From Camelus ferus (lineage: Eukaryota), in contig NC_045696.1 of the NCBI RefSeq assembly GCF_009834535.1, positions 1,364,001-1,428,000 of the forward strand: a stretch of 64,000 nucleotides of DNA, given 5' to 3'. The notes under the pieces were generated by a model, which was given only the letters and a program-made list of their open reading frames with translations, made no database searches and was not told where the DNA came from. Every line of letters starts with the position of its first letter. The first letter of the stretch is position 1. Shown here piece after piece: positions 11,484 to 23,500 of this stretch. Both the position numbers and the translations under genes were made by a program.

Positions 11484-11650
11484 TTCTTATTTTTATTTTA
11501 TTTTTTAAGGCAAATTTTTGTTGTTTTTCTCTTTGGAGGGGGTAGTAGTTAGGTTTGTCTATTTATGTATGTAATGGAGGCATGGGGACTGAACCCAGGA
11601 CTCTGTGCATGCTGGGCATGCGCTCTGCCGCTGAGCTATATCCTCCCCCA
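11484..11650 (-). mobile_element. Vic-1 camelid tRNA-derived SINE
   Basis: GGGGACTGAACCCAGGACTCTGTGCATGCTGGGCATGCGCTCTGCCGCTGAGCTATATCCTCCCC head, T-rich tail, TSD CTGACTTTTTA at 11473-11483 and 11651-11661. Confidence 0.9.
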
Positions 11651-13479
11651 CTGACTTTTTAATTTCTTCCTTTCCAGACATTTTTCCTTCATTGCTTCTG
11701 TTTCTTGGCTTGCTTCACTTCTGGTGCTGCTTAGAAGTGCCAGTAATGAACATCCTTATCTTATTCCTGACCTCAGAGGGAAAACACTCTGCTTTGCACC
11801 AGTGAGTGCGACATTTGTCGTAGGGACGTTGTTTATACAGATGCTGTCTGTCTGATTAAGGAAATTCCCTCTGTCCCTGCTCTGCTAAGAGCTGATTTTT
11901 GTGAGTGCATGTTGAGTTCTATCTGATGCTTTCTCTGGGCCTGTTGAGATGACAGCGTGACTTTCCTGATTTGTTTGGTTGACATGATGAACTAAGTTGA
12001 TTGAAGTTCAGATGTTCAACTAATCTTGTGTTTCTGGAATCAGCCCCATTGGTCACAGTGTGTTTGTCCTTTTCATGTATTTCTAGATTTTGTTCACTAA
12101 TAATATGCCAGTTAGGACATTTGTGTCTATGTTTATGAGTGAGATAGGCTACAATTTTTCTTTCTTGAAATGTCCTTATCAGGACATTAAAGTGTACGCT
12201 GGACTCCATGCCATGAGCTAAGACGTGTGTCCTGTTTGGCCCCTCGCTGGAGGAGTCTGACATAAGGCCGGTGCTCACTCTTCCTTAACCGTCGTTGACT
12301 TCAGAAGCCCTCCAAGCCCGGTGGCAGTTTTGCGAGATGGTTTATAGTTACGGGTGCCTTTTCTTTACTGGACATAGGACTGTTCAGATTTTTCTATTTC
12401 TTCTCCTTTGGGCAAGAGTCAGGCTCCGGTCTTGCCAGACCTGATCTCCACAGCCCTGCAGGGGACGGCTGAGGTGGAGGCGGCCCTTGAGCGGGTTGCT
12501 TGCCTTGGCATGATGTTGCCTTTGGAAAAAATGCTGGTCTCACACACAAACATAATCAAAAAGCAACTTAAATCTGTAAGCCCGTGGATCCGAGAATGCC
12601 AGAGCTGGGGGGTGGGGGGACGTTCCCACACACAGCGCGCTTCCTCCCCTCTGGCTCCCCGGGGAAGCCCCGCTCTCTCCTAAGCTCCAGAACCCGCTCC
12701 TCCCAGCTGCCCTGGGCATCTGTGTTTTCTCTTTGGGGAGTCTCTGTCTTGCCCTTTTGTTGTGATGAGCTGGGTGCGTCTTGTCCCCGATTGTTCCTAC
12801 GACTTGGTGGCATTCAGCCTGTGGGCCGGATAGGTGGAAGGGGGCAGCTCTGCACGTTTCAATGTGAAGGTTATGATTGGGTGAGTTAGGTAAGCTTTCC
12901 TTCAGGTATGGCCTCCCGACTGGCCATCTCACAGTCACCTGGGCTGCACCTCACAGGTGCACACCCTGGGCCCCCAGGCCAGACCCCACAGCCAGGCCCA
13001 GAGCCCCATTTCAGCGGGAACCATTGGAGGGCCAAGTGTCACTGAGGATGTGTTGTTTGCTGGCTCGGGCTGGACCTGTCAAGGACCCTGCCCAGATGGA
13101 AGCATGACTTCCGAGGGCAGAGCCCCCAGAGAGATGTCGCCTGACCACTGCCTGAGGGCCTGGCACCTCCTGCTCCCTATGCATCTGCAGCAGGTGTGCC
13201 CAGAACTTCCCAGGCTTCCCGCAATGCCCAGCATCCTTCCAGGAGCCCCTGTGCTCTGCCCCTCACCCCCAGTCTCGCTGCAGGCGCCGAAGCAGAAGTG
13301 GAGTGCGTGGGGAAGCTCGGGCCTCCCAGCCTCCAGCCGGCCCTGCCCGCCCTGCCTGCCCTGCCTGGCCGGGAGCTGTACCCTAGGCCTGGACTGGGCC
13401 TGGAGGTGGAGGGTGCTCTCTGGCCTCTCCTTATCAAGAGCCTGAGACAGCCAAGCCCAGTGGAGGATGGTCACTCCAT

Positions 13480-13560
13480 GGGCAAGCTGCTGGCCTCTCT
13501 GGGCCTCACCGTCCTCCTCAGAGAGGATCTCCTAAATCACACGTCATCAAAGCAGGTAGG
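13480..13560. mobile_element. MIR core remnant
   Basis: CCATGGGCAAGCTGCTGGCCTCTCTGGGCCTCA resembles the MIR core. Confidence 0.45.
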
Positions 13561-14359
13561 AGATGGTATGTTATAACCAAGTATGTAGAAACAAAATGTA
13601 ATCCAAACATACAAAACATTCAGTAAAGCACACGCTCGGACATAAGTCGTTGCTTCTGCGTGCGGGGTTGGGGGGTGTGTGCAAACACCCGCCTCCCCCC
13701 ACAGGGATTCCCCGCACAGGGACCCCCCCACAGGGATGCGGTGCTAAGCATCTTAAATCCACTAGGGTCCCAAGGGGGGAAGATGTCGCTACCTGTCCAC
13801 TGCCAGCCACCAAGGGGACCTGTGACTCTGTTCCGGGTCAGTAATGCAGGCCCGACAGTGGTGAGGGCCCCTGTGGCCCCACGTGGCCCCGACCAGGCCG
13901 TCAGAGCAGGGGTCCGGGTAGGGGAGAAACGAGGGCCTGGAGAGGGCCCAGGGTGGCCCAGCTGCTGCAGCCCCAGGGCAGGTCCCAGGCTGCTCCTGCC
14001 GGTCCCCAGCCTTGGGGAGACGCAGGCACACATTCCAGAAAGATGAGCACATCGGAGTCCGTGCAGATCCGTCTGAATTGCATACATGGAGAAGCCCACC
14101 TATTTTTACTTTCTAGAATTCCACTTCTATTTTTGGTGGAATAGAAAAAAGCTTTGACTATTTCCTAAAGTGGAAAAACACATTTTTTTTTCCTTAACTG
14201 TCTTGCCGATGGCCGTTGCTCTTAAATAAATGCTTTCAGTCTGGATGGGCTCTCCGCCGCCCTGCCCGGCTCCCGGGGCTGGAGCTGGCTGTGTGCACAG
14301 TGAGGGGAGAGGATTTCCTGAGCCCTGACTCTGCTGTAGTTCAGTTTCTGATGCTTTTG

Positions 14360-14507
14360 GGTTTATTTGGGTTTTTCATTGTTTTGTGGGTGGGGGTGGT
14401 AATTAGGTTTGTTTACTTATTTTATTTTTTTAATGGATATACTGGGGATTGAACCCAGGACCTCGTGCATGCTAAGCGTGTGCTCTATCTCTGAGCTGCC
14501 TCCCCTC
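14360..14507 (-). mobile_element. Vic-1 camelid tRNA-derived SINE
   Basis: ACTGGGGATTGAACCCAGGACCTCGTGCATGCTAAGCGTGTGCTCTATCTCTGAGCT; flanked by ATGCTTT(T)GG direct repeats. Confidence 0.9.
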
Positions 14508-15189
14508 ATTAATGCTTTGGTTTTCAACACATATTCCAGTAGGTGGATTTGGAGGGGGCATCAGCCGTGCCCACCATTCTGCAACTGTGGACTCAGGGAA
14601 GCCTCTCCATGGGGATTCCAGGCCTCGGGTCCCAGGCCTGCTCCCTAGGAGCGGGAGAGGGGAGCGGTAGGAGACCGGGAGAGGGGGCAGGGAAGGAGAG
14701 GAGGGAGAGGGGCAGTCTGGCCTCTCACTGCCCTGCCCTAATGCCGTGTGTGGTGGGCCGAGGAGCTCCTGTTGTGAAAGGAACCGGAGCATTTCACTGT
14801 CTATTTCCAGGAAGCCCCCAGCCCCCGTCATGGGTAAGCGTGAAGAGACGGTTCCCAGCTTGCCTCACTCCCACCAGCCTGTCAGCATCCATCACAGCCG
14901 GTGAACTGGCAGGAGGATTTCAGCTTAATTGTTCGCCACCTCCAGAAAGTAACAGAAACTTGTTAACACATTTGCTTAAGCAGCAGGGATTCTAGGTTCC
15001 TCCCACTCCCCAACAGAAGAGCCTGCAGCAAGTGCACCAGAACAGCTAGCCCCTCTGCCTCTCGGGCATGGCTGGCGGGGGTCCCGCCGAGCCCCAGTGG
15101 TTAACCCACTGCCCTGAGAGTTCGCAGGCGGTTAAGGGCCTCAGCGATCGCGTTAGAGCAACTCTCCTCCGAGAAAGTCCCTTTCAAAT

Positions 15190-15800
15190 CAAGCCATTTC
15201 TCCATTGGTGACCTTAGCAGGTCTGTTTCTAGACTCGATTCTGGTCCATTGATCTGTGTGGTGTCACCGCCACCAGTTGCCTGGATTCCTGCAGCTTCGC
15301 CGTAGATGCCGCCGTTGTCCACCCCTCAGGCCCCGTCGGGACTGCTGGGGCTGCTCAAAGTCCGTTGCACCTAGAGGACTAACTAGCTCATCCATTTCTA
15401 CCAAGAAGCCGGCAGGGATTTGGTGCGGCTGGTGCGGCTCCTTAGGTCCTTCCAGGGTAGCGGGCACGTGGGTGCCGCGTCTTTGAGCCGCCCTCACGAC
15501 TCGGGCTCTGCTCATCCAGCTGCTTCCCTTTCTCTGGCAGTGTCTGAGGGTTTTCAGCATAGAGGCCCCACACATCTTTCTCTTAAGTTCATTCCTGAGT
15601 ATTTTGTGGTTTGTTGCTGCTGTAAATGCCATTTAATTCTGATTTTCCTGTTCGTTCTTGTCGTACAGAAATGCACCTGATTTACTGTGTTCCCTGATGT
15701 CCTCTGGCCTTGCTGGGCTCAGTAGCTGATTCCGGTAGTTTCAAGGTTCTTTAGGATTTCCTGCACATATTCTAAGTCATATTCCTAGAAGGAGACACAG
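15190..15800 (-). mobile_element. Degraded old L1 ORF2 fragment
   Basis: TCTGTTTCTAGACTCGATTCTGGTCCATTGATCTGTG and TTCATTCCTGAGTATTTTGTGGTTTGTTGCTGCTGTAAATG are antisense L1 motifs. Confidence 0.55.
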
Positions 15801-15809
15801 ATGAAGTCT

Positions 15810-15953
15810 TTATTTTTTTGGCTGAAGTACAGTCAGCCGCAGTGTGTCAGTTCCTGGTGCAGCACAGGGTTTCCGTCGTACGTATCCTTACACATATTTG
15901 CTTTCATACTCTTTTTCATTACAGGCCACTGCAAGGCACCAAATACAGCTCCC
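15810..15953 (-). mobile_element. Short 5'-truncated camelid L1 3' end
   Basis: T-tail then GCTGAAGTACAGTCAGCC...CTTTCATACTCTTTTTCATTACAGG; TSD core GACACAGAT at 15794-15802 and 15954-15962. Confidence 0.8.
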
Positions 15954-16136
15954 GACACAGATTGATTCTCATTCCTTTTCTTGCCTTATTGTGCAGGCCG
16001 GAGCTGAGATGCCGTGTGGCAGGCAGTGCTCACCGTGCCCGTGACTGATCTAAAGGGACACACAGGTGGCTTGGGTCCCAGGAAGCCACCAGGAGGAAAC
16101 GCTGGCAGGACACCTCACATCTGTGTGATGCTTGAG

Positions 16137-16748
16137 AGCCCGGCGGGCTGTGTAATTTGCAGGGCCCAGAGAACAACGAAAATGTGGGGCCCTTGTTCAA
16201 AACACAGGGAAAAGGCTTTCTTTTCTTTCGGAGTCTGTGTCTCTCTGTCTGTATCCCCTCACCTCCTTCTCCCCTCCTCACTGTCTCTCTCCTAGTCACT
16301 GTGCTTTTTATTTGCTGTTGAATGCCATGCCCTGCAAGGCACGGGAAAACTGCAGGACAAACACGGCCCTCACAGGCACCGGGGGCCTCCCCCAGCAGCT
16401 TCGTATTTGGGGCACGTGTGCCTGTCTCCACCCCTTCCCACACCTGTGCCTGGGCCTCCGACATAGCGGAGGTGCGGGGTCACTGGGAGGGGGCTGGGGT
16501 GGCATGAGGTGTGGCCACCTGCGAGTCCAGGCTCCAAGCCCTGCACAGCTTCATTTTCACAACACAAGTTCAACAATAAAATTATGAAAGTTCAAGGTGG
16601 CCACCACAAAGCATTAGAACCACAAGCAAGGTCTTCCTGGCTGGTAGGAGCCCCTAGCACGGACCTCCAAACAGGGACCCCCAAAACAAAGGCCCCCCGA
16701 GCCGGTGCTGTGCATCCTCCTGGTTCACACACCCGCCAAGCCGAGCAG
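16137..16748 (-). mobile_element. MER45-family (hAT-Tip100) DNA transposon relic
   Basis: TAATTTGCAGGGCCCAG...GAAAATGTGGGGCCCTTGTTCAAAA at the left end and AATTATGAAAGTTCAAGGTGGCCACCACAAAGCATTAGAACCA near the right end resemble both MER45 termini. Confidence 0.65.
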
Positions 16749-16817
16749 ACTGTACACAGCACTTTGCGAGTCATTGTCCCATGGGCCCCACTGTTTATTA
16801 AAAGTGCACTTTTGCCC

Positions 16818-17531
16818 TCCTGCACTGTCAGTGGGAATGTCGTTTGCTGCAGTCATTATGGAAAATAGTATGGAGATTTCTCAAAAAACTAAAAATAGAT
16901 TCACCCTATGATCCAGCAATCCCACTTCTGGGCATATATCTAATTCAAAAAGACACCTGCACCCCAGTGTTCATAGCAGCATTATTTACAACAGCCAAGA
17001 CATGGAAACAACCTAAATGTCTATCAACAGATGACTGGATAAAGAAGATGCGGTATATTTATACAATGGAATACTACTCAGCCATAAAAATGAAAGAAAT
17101 AATGCCAATTGCAGCAACATGGATGAACCTGGAGATCATCATTCTAAGTGAAGTAAGACAGAAAGAGAAAGGAAAATAGCATGTGAGATCGCTGATACGT
17201 GGAATCTAAAAAGGAAAAGACACAAATGAATTTATTGACAAAACAGAAATAGACTCACAGACAAAGAAAACAAGCTTATGGTTACTGAGGGGAAAGGGGG
17301 TGGGAAGGGATAAATTGGGAGTTTGAGATTTGCAGATACTAATGTATATAAAAGATAAACAACAAGTTCATACTGCAGAGCACAGGGAACTATATTCAAT
17401 ATCCTGTAGTAACCGATAAAGAAAAAGACTGTGAAAACGAATGTAAGTGCATGTATGTGGGACTGAAACATTCCACTGCACACCAGAAACTGACTCGCTG
17501 TAGCTGACTCTACTTCAGTAAATAAGTAAAT
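16818..17531 (+). mobile_element. 5'-truncated young L1 with ORF2 C-terminus, 3'UTR, A-rich tail and TSD
   Basis: ORF 16844-17179 (WRFLKKLKIDSPYDPAIPLLGIY...[18 protein letters not shown]) is the L1 ORF2 C-terminus. 18-bp TSD AAAAGTGCACTTTTGCCC (16800-16817) / AAAAGCCCACTTTTGCCC (17532-17549) at a TT/AAAA endonuclease site. Confidence 0.95.
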
Positions 17532-17899
17532 AAAAGCCCACTTTTGCCCCAGGGCTTTGAGGGGCCTCCTTTGTCGAGTGCTGACTTCCTGATGCCCTTG
17601 GGCCTTTTTCTGGCTTCCCCTGTATCACAGGTCTGACGGTTCACGCACCTAGGGAGATGTTCCGCCACACAAGCCAGGCTCACCCGCTCGTGGCAGTCTG
17701 CTCCCTGGAGGACCCTGTCCAGCGGACAGGCAGGAGCAGTGGGCAGGAGTTAGGAGGTGGCTTCCAGCCACTCCCCTTGGCCAGGAACTTCCCTGAGGAC
17801 CACCCTGAGCCTGGACACTCCGGGACCGAATTCTAAGGTGCTGCCCAGAGCCCACCCCTCCCTCCCTGCAGGATCCGCACCAGCAAGTGTTTCCAGGAG

Positions 17900-18200
17900 G
17901 CAAACAGCAGAGCCCTGAGCAGCTCTGGTTCCGAGGAGACCCTATGTTTTCATCACAGAGCTTTACAGAGACAGCTCAGGTCAGCCCGCGCCCAGGTCTC
18001 CACAGCACCCCTCCCCACCTGCAGCCAGGGCATCACGGGGCCGCCGCATCATCTCCAGCTCTCGGGGACTGCTGTCCTCCCTGGTCTGAGCCCAGCCTTG
18101 ACAACCGTTGCTTCACATATTTCGTCTCTCTTGGAGTTTTTGGTTGTTCCAAGCAAGAGGGTAACTTCGGTCCCTGTCACTCCTTCTTGGCTAGAACTGA
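17900..18200 (-). mobile_element. Old L1 (L1M) 5'-end fragment
   Basis: Reverse complement of 18100-18195 (TCTAGCCAAG...TGACAGGGAC...AACAACCAAAA...ATATGTGAAGCAACGGTTGTCAAGG) aligns by eye to 61908-62000. Confidence 0.6.
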
Positions 18201-19822
18201 GTTCTCTCGTTTGAATTGTCCTATCTCCTCATTCCTTATTATGACTTAATCTTCTCAAACTGGAAGTTTCCAAGAGCTGAGTCTAGGGGTGTCCTGGCTC
18301 CCCTGTGTCCACGTGAGTACCCGTGGGGTGTCCTCTGACTTAAGCAGGGCGTGGCCTCGGGTGCTCAGCACGGAGCCCAGCATCTCCGGGACCAGCACGC
18401 ACCTGGCTCCACTCCCTGCCTCTGGCCTCTGTGAGGAAGCTCCGTGCTCTGCAGGTTCAGAGGCTGCCGTTCGGTTTGGTCACTAATGGCTTCCGTCCAG
18501 GCCGTACCCACCACCGCCCCACACTCCCCAGTGACCTGCGAGGATGCATTACCACCCCGCCCAGGAGCTGTGCCCTCCACCCACCCCCGTCAGCCTCTGG
18601 GGCAGTCCTGGTCAGTTTATTGTGCTGAAACTCCTCAGGGAATCGGGGGTTTGGAGTCGTTTCTGAGAAATGCCTCCTCCAAACATCTGGAATGGGGGGG
18701 TCACCTAATTTTTTTTAATTAAAAAGATGAATTTGATTTTCTGAATAAGTGGTTCAAATATACCGCTTATATTACCAAGGGACAAAAGTCCCTCGCACGC
18801 CCCGCCCCTCCTCCCCCAGGACCCTCCAGCATCACTTTGCTTTTTCATCCTCCCCAAGAGTTCACGTTACGCGCAAAACTGCAGTTTGGACTTCTGTCCT
18901 TCTCCTGTGCGAGGTAGTTGCGGTTTATACACACAGCTCCTCCCTGCGTTTTTCACCCAGTAGAACATTCTTGAGCTCGCAGAGCGGGTGGCAGGGAGCA
19001 GGAGGGTCTGTCCTTTCCTCAAGGAGAGCCAGACACAGAGAAGCTGTCTAGCGTGCGATGCGCAGGGTGCCACTGGTGAGGGGCCCTGGGCAGACGCCTG
19101 AGGCAGGAAGCAAGAGCAGCAGCTGAGGAAGGTTTCTGGGTTGACGAGCGGCGGCCGGATGGAGGCTTCCGGGAGGAGGCAGCATCTGAGCCGCGGCGGG
19201 GCAGGCAGGTGGGGGCCTGGGCACCCCGAGCAGGGAAGGGGAGCCAGGAACCCCAGTGGGCCGGGCCGAGTCGGTGACGGCAGTGGACCCTGAGGGCGGT
19301 CGGCGTCAAGGTCAAAACTGTGATGCTGGGGGTGGTGGGGGTTTGGGAGAGGACCGGCTTACTCTGCGGTACGTGTGCCCATTCGGCTGGCTCTGTGGGC
19401 TGCGCGGGCCCACTCGGGGAGGGATGGCCACCACTCCATGCAGTCAGTCCGGGTCCCAGGCTGGGGGTCTGCAGTTCCAGGCCTCCCGGGCGCCTCCACT
19501 GGCAGATGGGGGAGGGGGGCTCCTCAGCCAGGCCTGGAGGGGCATCCCGCTGCTGCCCACTTCCCTTGGGGCCGTCCTGGGCAGGGGCCTGGGAGGCGGG
19601 GCCTCTGGCTGGGGCGTCTGCAGCCCACTGGGCGCCGTGGTGGGAGCCGGGCTTCCAACACAGGGCCCACCATCTGTGCCCCGAGGCAGCTGAGATGAGG
19701 CGAGGGGGTGGGACGGGGAAGATGCCAAGAAGGGACCAGATTCTGGGTGTATTTCCAGGGAAGAAGCAACGGGAAGAAGAAGGACGGCTTGGATGCTGGG
19801 CGAGCAAGAAAGAGGCATGGAG

Positions 19823-19932
19823 GGCGAGGGTCGAGCTCAGTGGTGCAGCACGGGCTTAGCATGCACGAGGTCCTGGGTGCAACCTCCAGCACCTCCATCA
19901 CACACACAAAAAAATAGTAGGGGGTAAAAAAA
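19823..19932 (+). mobile_element. Vic-1 camelid tRNA-derived SINE (short-tailed)
   Basis: AGCTCAGTGGTGCAGCACGGGCTTAGCATGCACGAGGTCCTGGGTGCAACCTCCAGCACCTCC; TSD-like AAGAAA(GA)GGC(A/G)TGGAG flanks. Confidence 0.88.
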
Positions 19933-20099
19933 AAGAAAGGCGTGGAGAGTGGGCCCCAGGCTCCTGCTGAGGGAAAGGCAGTGGGCTTGCCGCTTCCTGC
20001 AGTGGGCCTGGGGAGGAGGTGCAGGAGTTTATTTTGGATTTGTTCGCTCTGAGGTGCCTGTTACATCCAGATGGAGAAGGCTTACAGGCAGTCAAGGGC

Positions 20100-20523
20100 T
20101 GCAGTGGTGAATTCTGTGTGTCAACTTGACTGGACTGCCCAGGGGCCCAGGTATTCAGTCCAACATTCTGGGTCTTTCTGGATGAGATTAACATTTAAAT
20201 CTGGGGACTGAGTAAAAGACTGGCCTCCTCAGCATGGGTGGGCATCGACCCATCAGTTGAAGGCCTGAATAAAACCACAAGACTGACTTCCCCCAAGGTA
20301 GAAAGAGTTCTCTGCCTGATGGCCTTTGAACCAGGATATTGGCCCTTTTCTGCCCTTAACTGAACTAAGCCATCAGCTCTTCTGAATCCTCACCCTCCAC
20401 TCACACTACAGGTCTTGGGGCTCGTCAGCCTCTGTGTTCACGTGAGCCAGTCCTGTAATAGCGCCCTTCCTCTCTACACACATCCTGCTGCTTCTGTTTC
20501 CCTGGAGAGCCCTGGCGAATACA
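20100..20523 (+). mobile_element. MLT2 (ERVL) solo LTR, MLT2C/D-like
   Basis: Starts TGCAGTGGTGAATTCTGTGTGTCAACTTGACTGG, contains GATGAGATTAACATTT and GTTGAAGGCCTGAATA, ends TTCTGTTTCCCTGGAGAGCCCTGGCGAATACA. Confidence 0.9.
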
Positions 20524-23500
20524 GGTGCACTGGCCGGGAGCTCCAGGGAGACGAGTGGGCAGTGAATCTAGAGTCGGTTAATCACCACAGCCCAGGTGGC
20601 TCCCCAGGGAAGAGGCTGCAGAAGTGAGGAAGGGGAGCTCTGTCGAGGTCGGGCAGACCGAGGGGCAGGAGGGTGGCCAGCAGGCGAGCTGTGCTGGGAC
20701 CCGGTGGCCCCCGTAGTGGGCACACGGCGGTACTGTCCCCCCACCCCTGACCCTGGTCACTGTTCCTGCGTGGTTTCCGCTCCTTCTTCTGCAGACGGCT
20801 GACCTCACTCCACTTCTTCTGTCTCTGCCCAAAGCGAGTTTGCAGGATGGAAGGACATGTCTATTCTTAATCTGGCGGTACGCGAACTTGCTCCTGCCAG
20901 CTCCGCGTGAGAGTAGAGCTCATCATTTTAAGATGATAAATGGAGCGAAGCCTTACGACCCAATAACTCCTAGCACCGCCGGGTCCACCTCGGTCGATGA
21001 GCTGTGGCTGCATGAAAGTCCCTGGACGCCCGCCTGTTTGATTGCGTGTTGGATGCGCGAGGCTGTCGTCTGTTACTATCCAGGCTGCCGAGCCAAGTTG
21101 GCGTCTGAAGGACGTTTCTGTATTTAATAGACAGTCTGGAGGGCTCCAGTGTTCCTTCTAGGTTCCCCTCCCTGGAGCGCTGCCCCTGCCAATCACTGCC
21201 CTACGCTGAGGTCCCTGGGGCCTGCAGGCACCTGCAGCCCAGAGCTGCCCCACTACGCGACCCGCAGCCTGGGCTGGGTCCCGCCCGGAGGAATGGAATT
21301 AATTTGTGACTGGATGTGATGGAATAAGCATGTATCTACATAAGGTTGAGGTTAAATTCCACAGCAGCGTTTCTACCACAATCCCCACCTACAGGTGGAG
21401 GGGGCTTTCCTGGGGTCTTGCAGCCGGGGGAGCAGGCTCCGGTCCCATCCCCGCAGCACCAGCCGCACGCCCCCCAAGCGGGGGCTGGAGGGGTGGGGCC
21501 TCCCTGAAGTCCACCAGCTTCCGGGGGTCGCCCACCCATTACCTGTGAGCGGGGAGTTCCCCTCACACCAGAAAAGTGCCCAAGATGGGAAGAGCTGGGC
21601 GTAGAAGGCAAACACGGATCCACACGCACAGAGTAACTCAGGCGCCTACGGCACCAGCGAGGGCAAAGGCACAGATCATGATGGGAGACAAGCTGGTGGC
21701 CGAAACAAAGCAGCAGCAGAAACCCAGGCAACAAGGTTCAAAGGCTTATGGCAAACCAGGAGACGTGTTTGCAGCAAGTAACAGCAAACATTGGGTTTAG
21801 GGTCCTGCTATTATCAACTTAAACGGACAGAAAAAACTGATGGCAGTGCAACAGGCGATTAACTCGAGGAACAACAAGGGGTCAGTTAACGTGAAAACAG
21901 GGCAACACGTGGATTGAGCTGCGAGTTAAATGAAGAGCAGTTTACTACGTGTCGATGACCCGATTGGCAGGTAACAAGGGCACCACATCTGCCGCCGAGG
22001 GGGACTGGGGGCTTGGAGCTGCATTGCTTGCTTCTGCGCCAAACACCTGCCCGAGCCCTTCAATGTGCGCAACTCTTAGAATCTACCCCGAGGCTGTGAC
22101 AGGAGACGGGCCCCCCAGTGCAGGCCCAGCAGTGTCTCCACGCTGTTCTCACGATGGCCGAAGTCGCAGCAGACAAGTGCTCGACGATGACGGACCCGTC
22201 TGCACGGTTTACTTGCTCAGAGCCATGGCAGCTTACCAGCATCTCAGCGACCGGCAGGTCTGCACTGTCGGCCTTGACGACCGCTGGTGGTGTCATTGCT
22301 CCCGAAAACCCGAGCAGGAGCCGCCACACGTGACTGCCGCGTGCTCCTGCGTGTCGTGCAGGCCCAGCTCAGTCAGCTGCTTTTCTGTGCGCAGCGGCCG
22401 CGCCTTTTCCTTCTCGTTGCTTACTACTTGTATATTTTTATGCAATGACTGTGTGTAGCTTATTGAGCGAAAGTGATAGAAAGCGTCCCCGTGTTCTTTC
22501 CTGCGGCCTTGGTTCTCTGGAAACTGTGGTCTGGAGCAGCCAGCCTTCTGCAGCCCCAATCCTGGCCCGTCACCGGCTCAAAGCAGAGCCTTCTGGAAAG
22601 ACAGGCCTGGCAAGCTCCCTGCCCTGGAAGAGCCTGCGGTGGGTTAAAGGCTCTCCTCCGAGCACATCCGACCGCAGCCTGGGCTGGTCATTGGCCCCAG
22701 TGAGCGCCTGTTGTGTGCTCAGACGCCCCCGGGGACGGAATGTTCTGGAACTGCAGCAGCAGGTCAGACCGGGAGCTCTGGCAGACACCCACTGTCCAGA
22801 TCCCAGGACAGAGGCAGAACATGGCAAGTGTGACTGAGCCCCTGCGAGGCAGGGTTGATCCGTGGCTGCCGGGAAGTGACCGTAATGACAGGGTTTTCGG
22901 AACAAAAACTCGACGTCCAGGAAGAATGTCTCTAAAGCAGTTCCAGTTACGAAACAGAAGCAAATATCAGGAGGTGGATGGAAAACAGAGATGCTGAGCG
23001 ATGTCTCCGGAGAAGGCAAGGACACCTTGCTGCTCACTGGGTGTGCTGGGGCGGGCTGGCTGCTGAAACAGGCGGCCCCCAGGATGTTCAGTGGCACAAA
23101 CACAGTAGACGTGTGTTTACTGCTCCAGTAACCAGTGGGACGAGGCCCTAGTTAACAGGGCAGGCAGGGTGGGGGTGGAGGTCTGAGCAGGAGAAGGTCC
23201 CGCCTCCGCTCACCGAGCAGGCCCCAGGCGACTGGAGACCCTGTCTTTCCAGGCCACAGGGCTGGCTCCCATTCCCACCTGCTGAGAGGAAGAGGGGGGC
23301 AGGTGTGAGCCTCCTGCAAGGGGGCATCACTTCCGCTCGGGGCTGGTGGCTGGAACTTGGTCGCAGCCCCCTGGCCACAGGAGGCTGGCAGACATCCTCA
23401 GACCGCGGGCCGGGAGGAGGACCAGATGGTCTGCAGAGCAGCAGGCCACATCGCGTGCAGTGATCATTAGTAGCTGACTACTTTGACACTTGAGAAGTTG

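Larger units (their letters stand above)
11141..12410 (-). mobile_element. Old L1 ORF2 (RT region) remnant, interrupted by a micro-L1 and a SINE
   Basis: T-rich antisense L1 motifs (CATCCTTATCTTATTCCTGACCTCAGAGGGAAA; TTTGTGTCTATGTTTATGAGTGAGATAGG); decayed ORF 11919-12278. Confidence 0.75.

Noticed and set aside
14440..14507. tRNA-like sequences with A/B boxes (also 11580-11650, 19823-19895, 59825-59885)
   Set aside because: They carry SINE tails and TSDs and are diverged; they are Vic-1 SINE heads, not tRNA genes
16844..17179. ORFs with real protein motifs (also 26439-26738, 53973-54194, 62202-62558)
   Set aside because: All are fragments of truncated, frameshifted L1 ORF2; recorded as mobile elements, not genes
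22700..23050. Purine-rich stretch with a weak pogo/Tigger-like peptide (EANIRRW) in one frame
   Set aside because: Frame interrupted by stops and no terminal inverted repeats seen; too little similarity to call without a profile search
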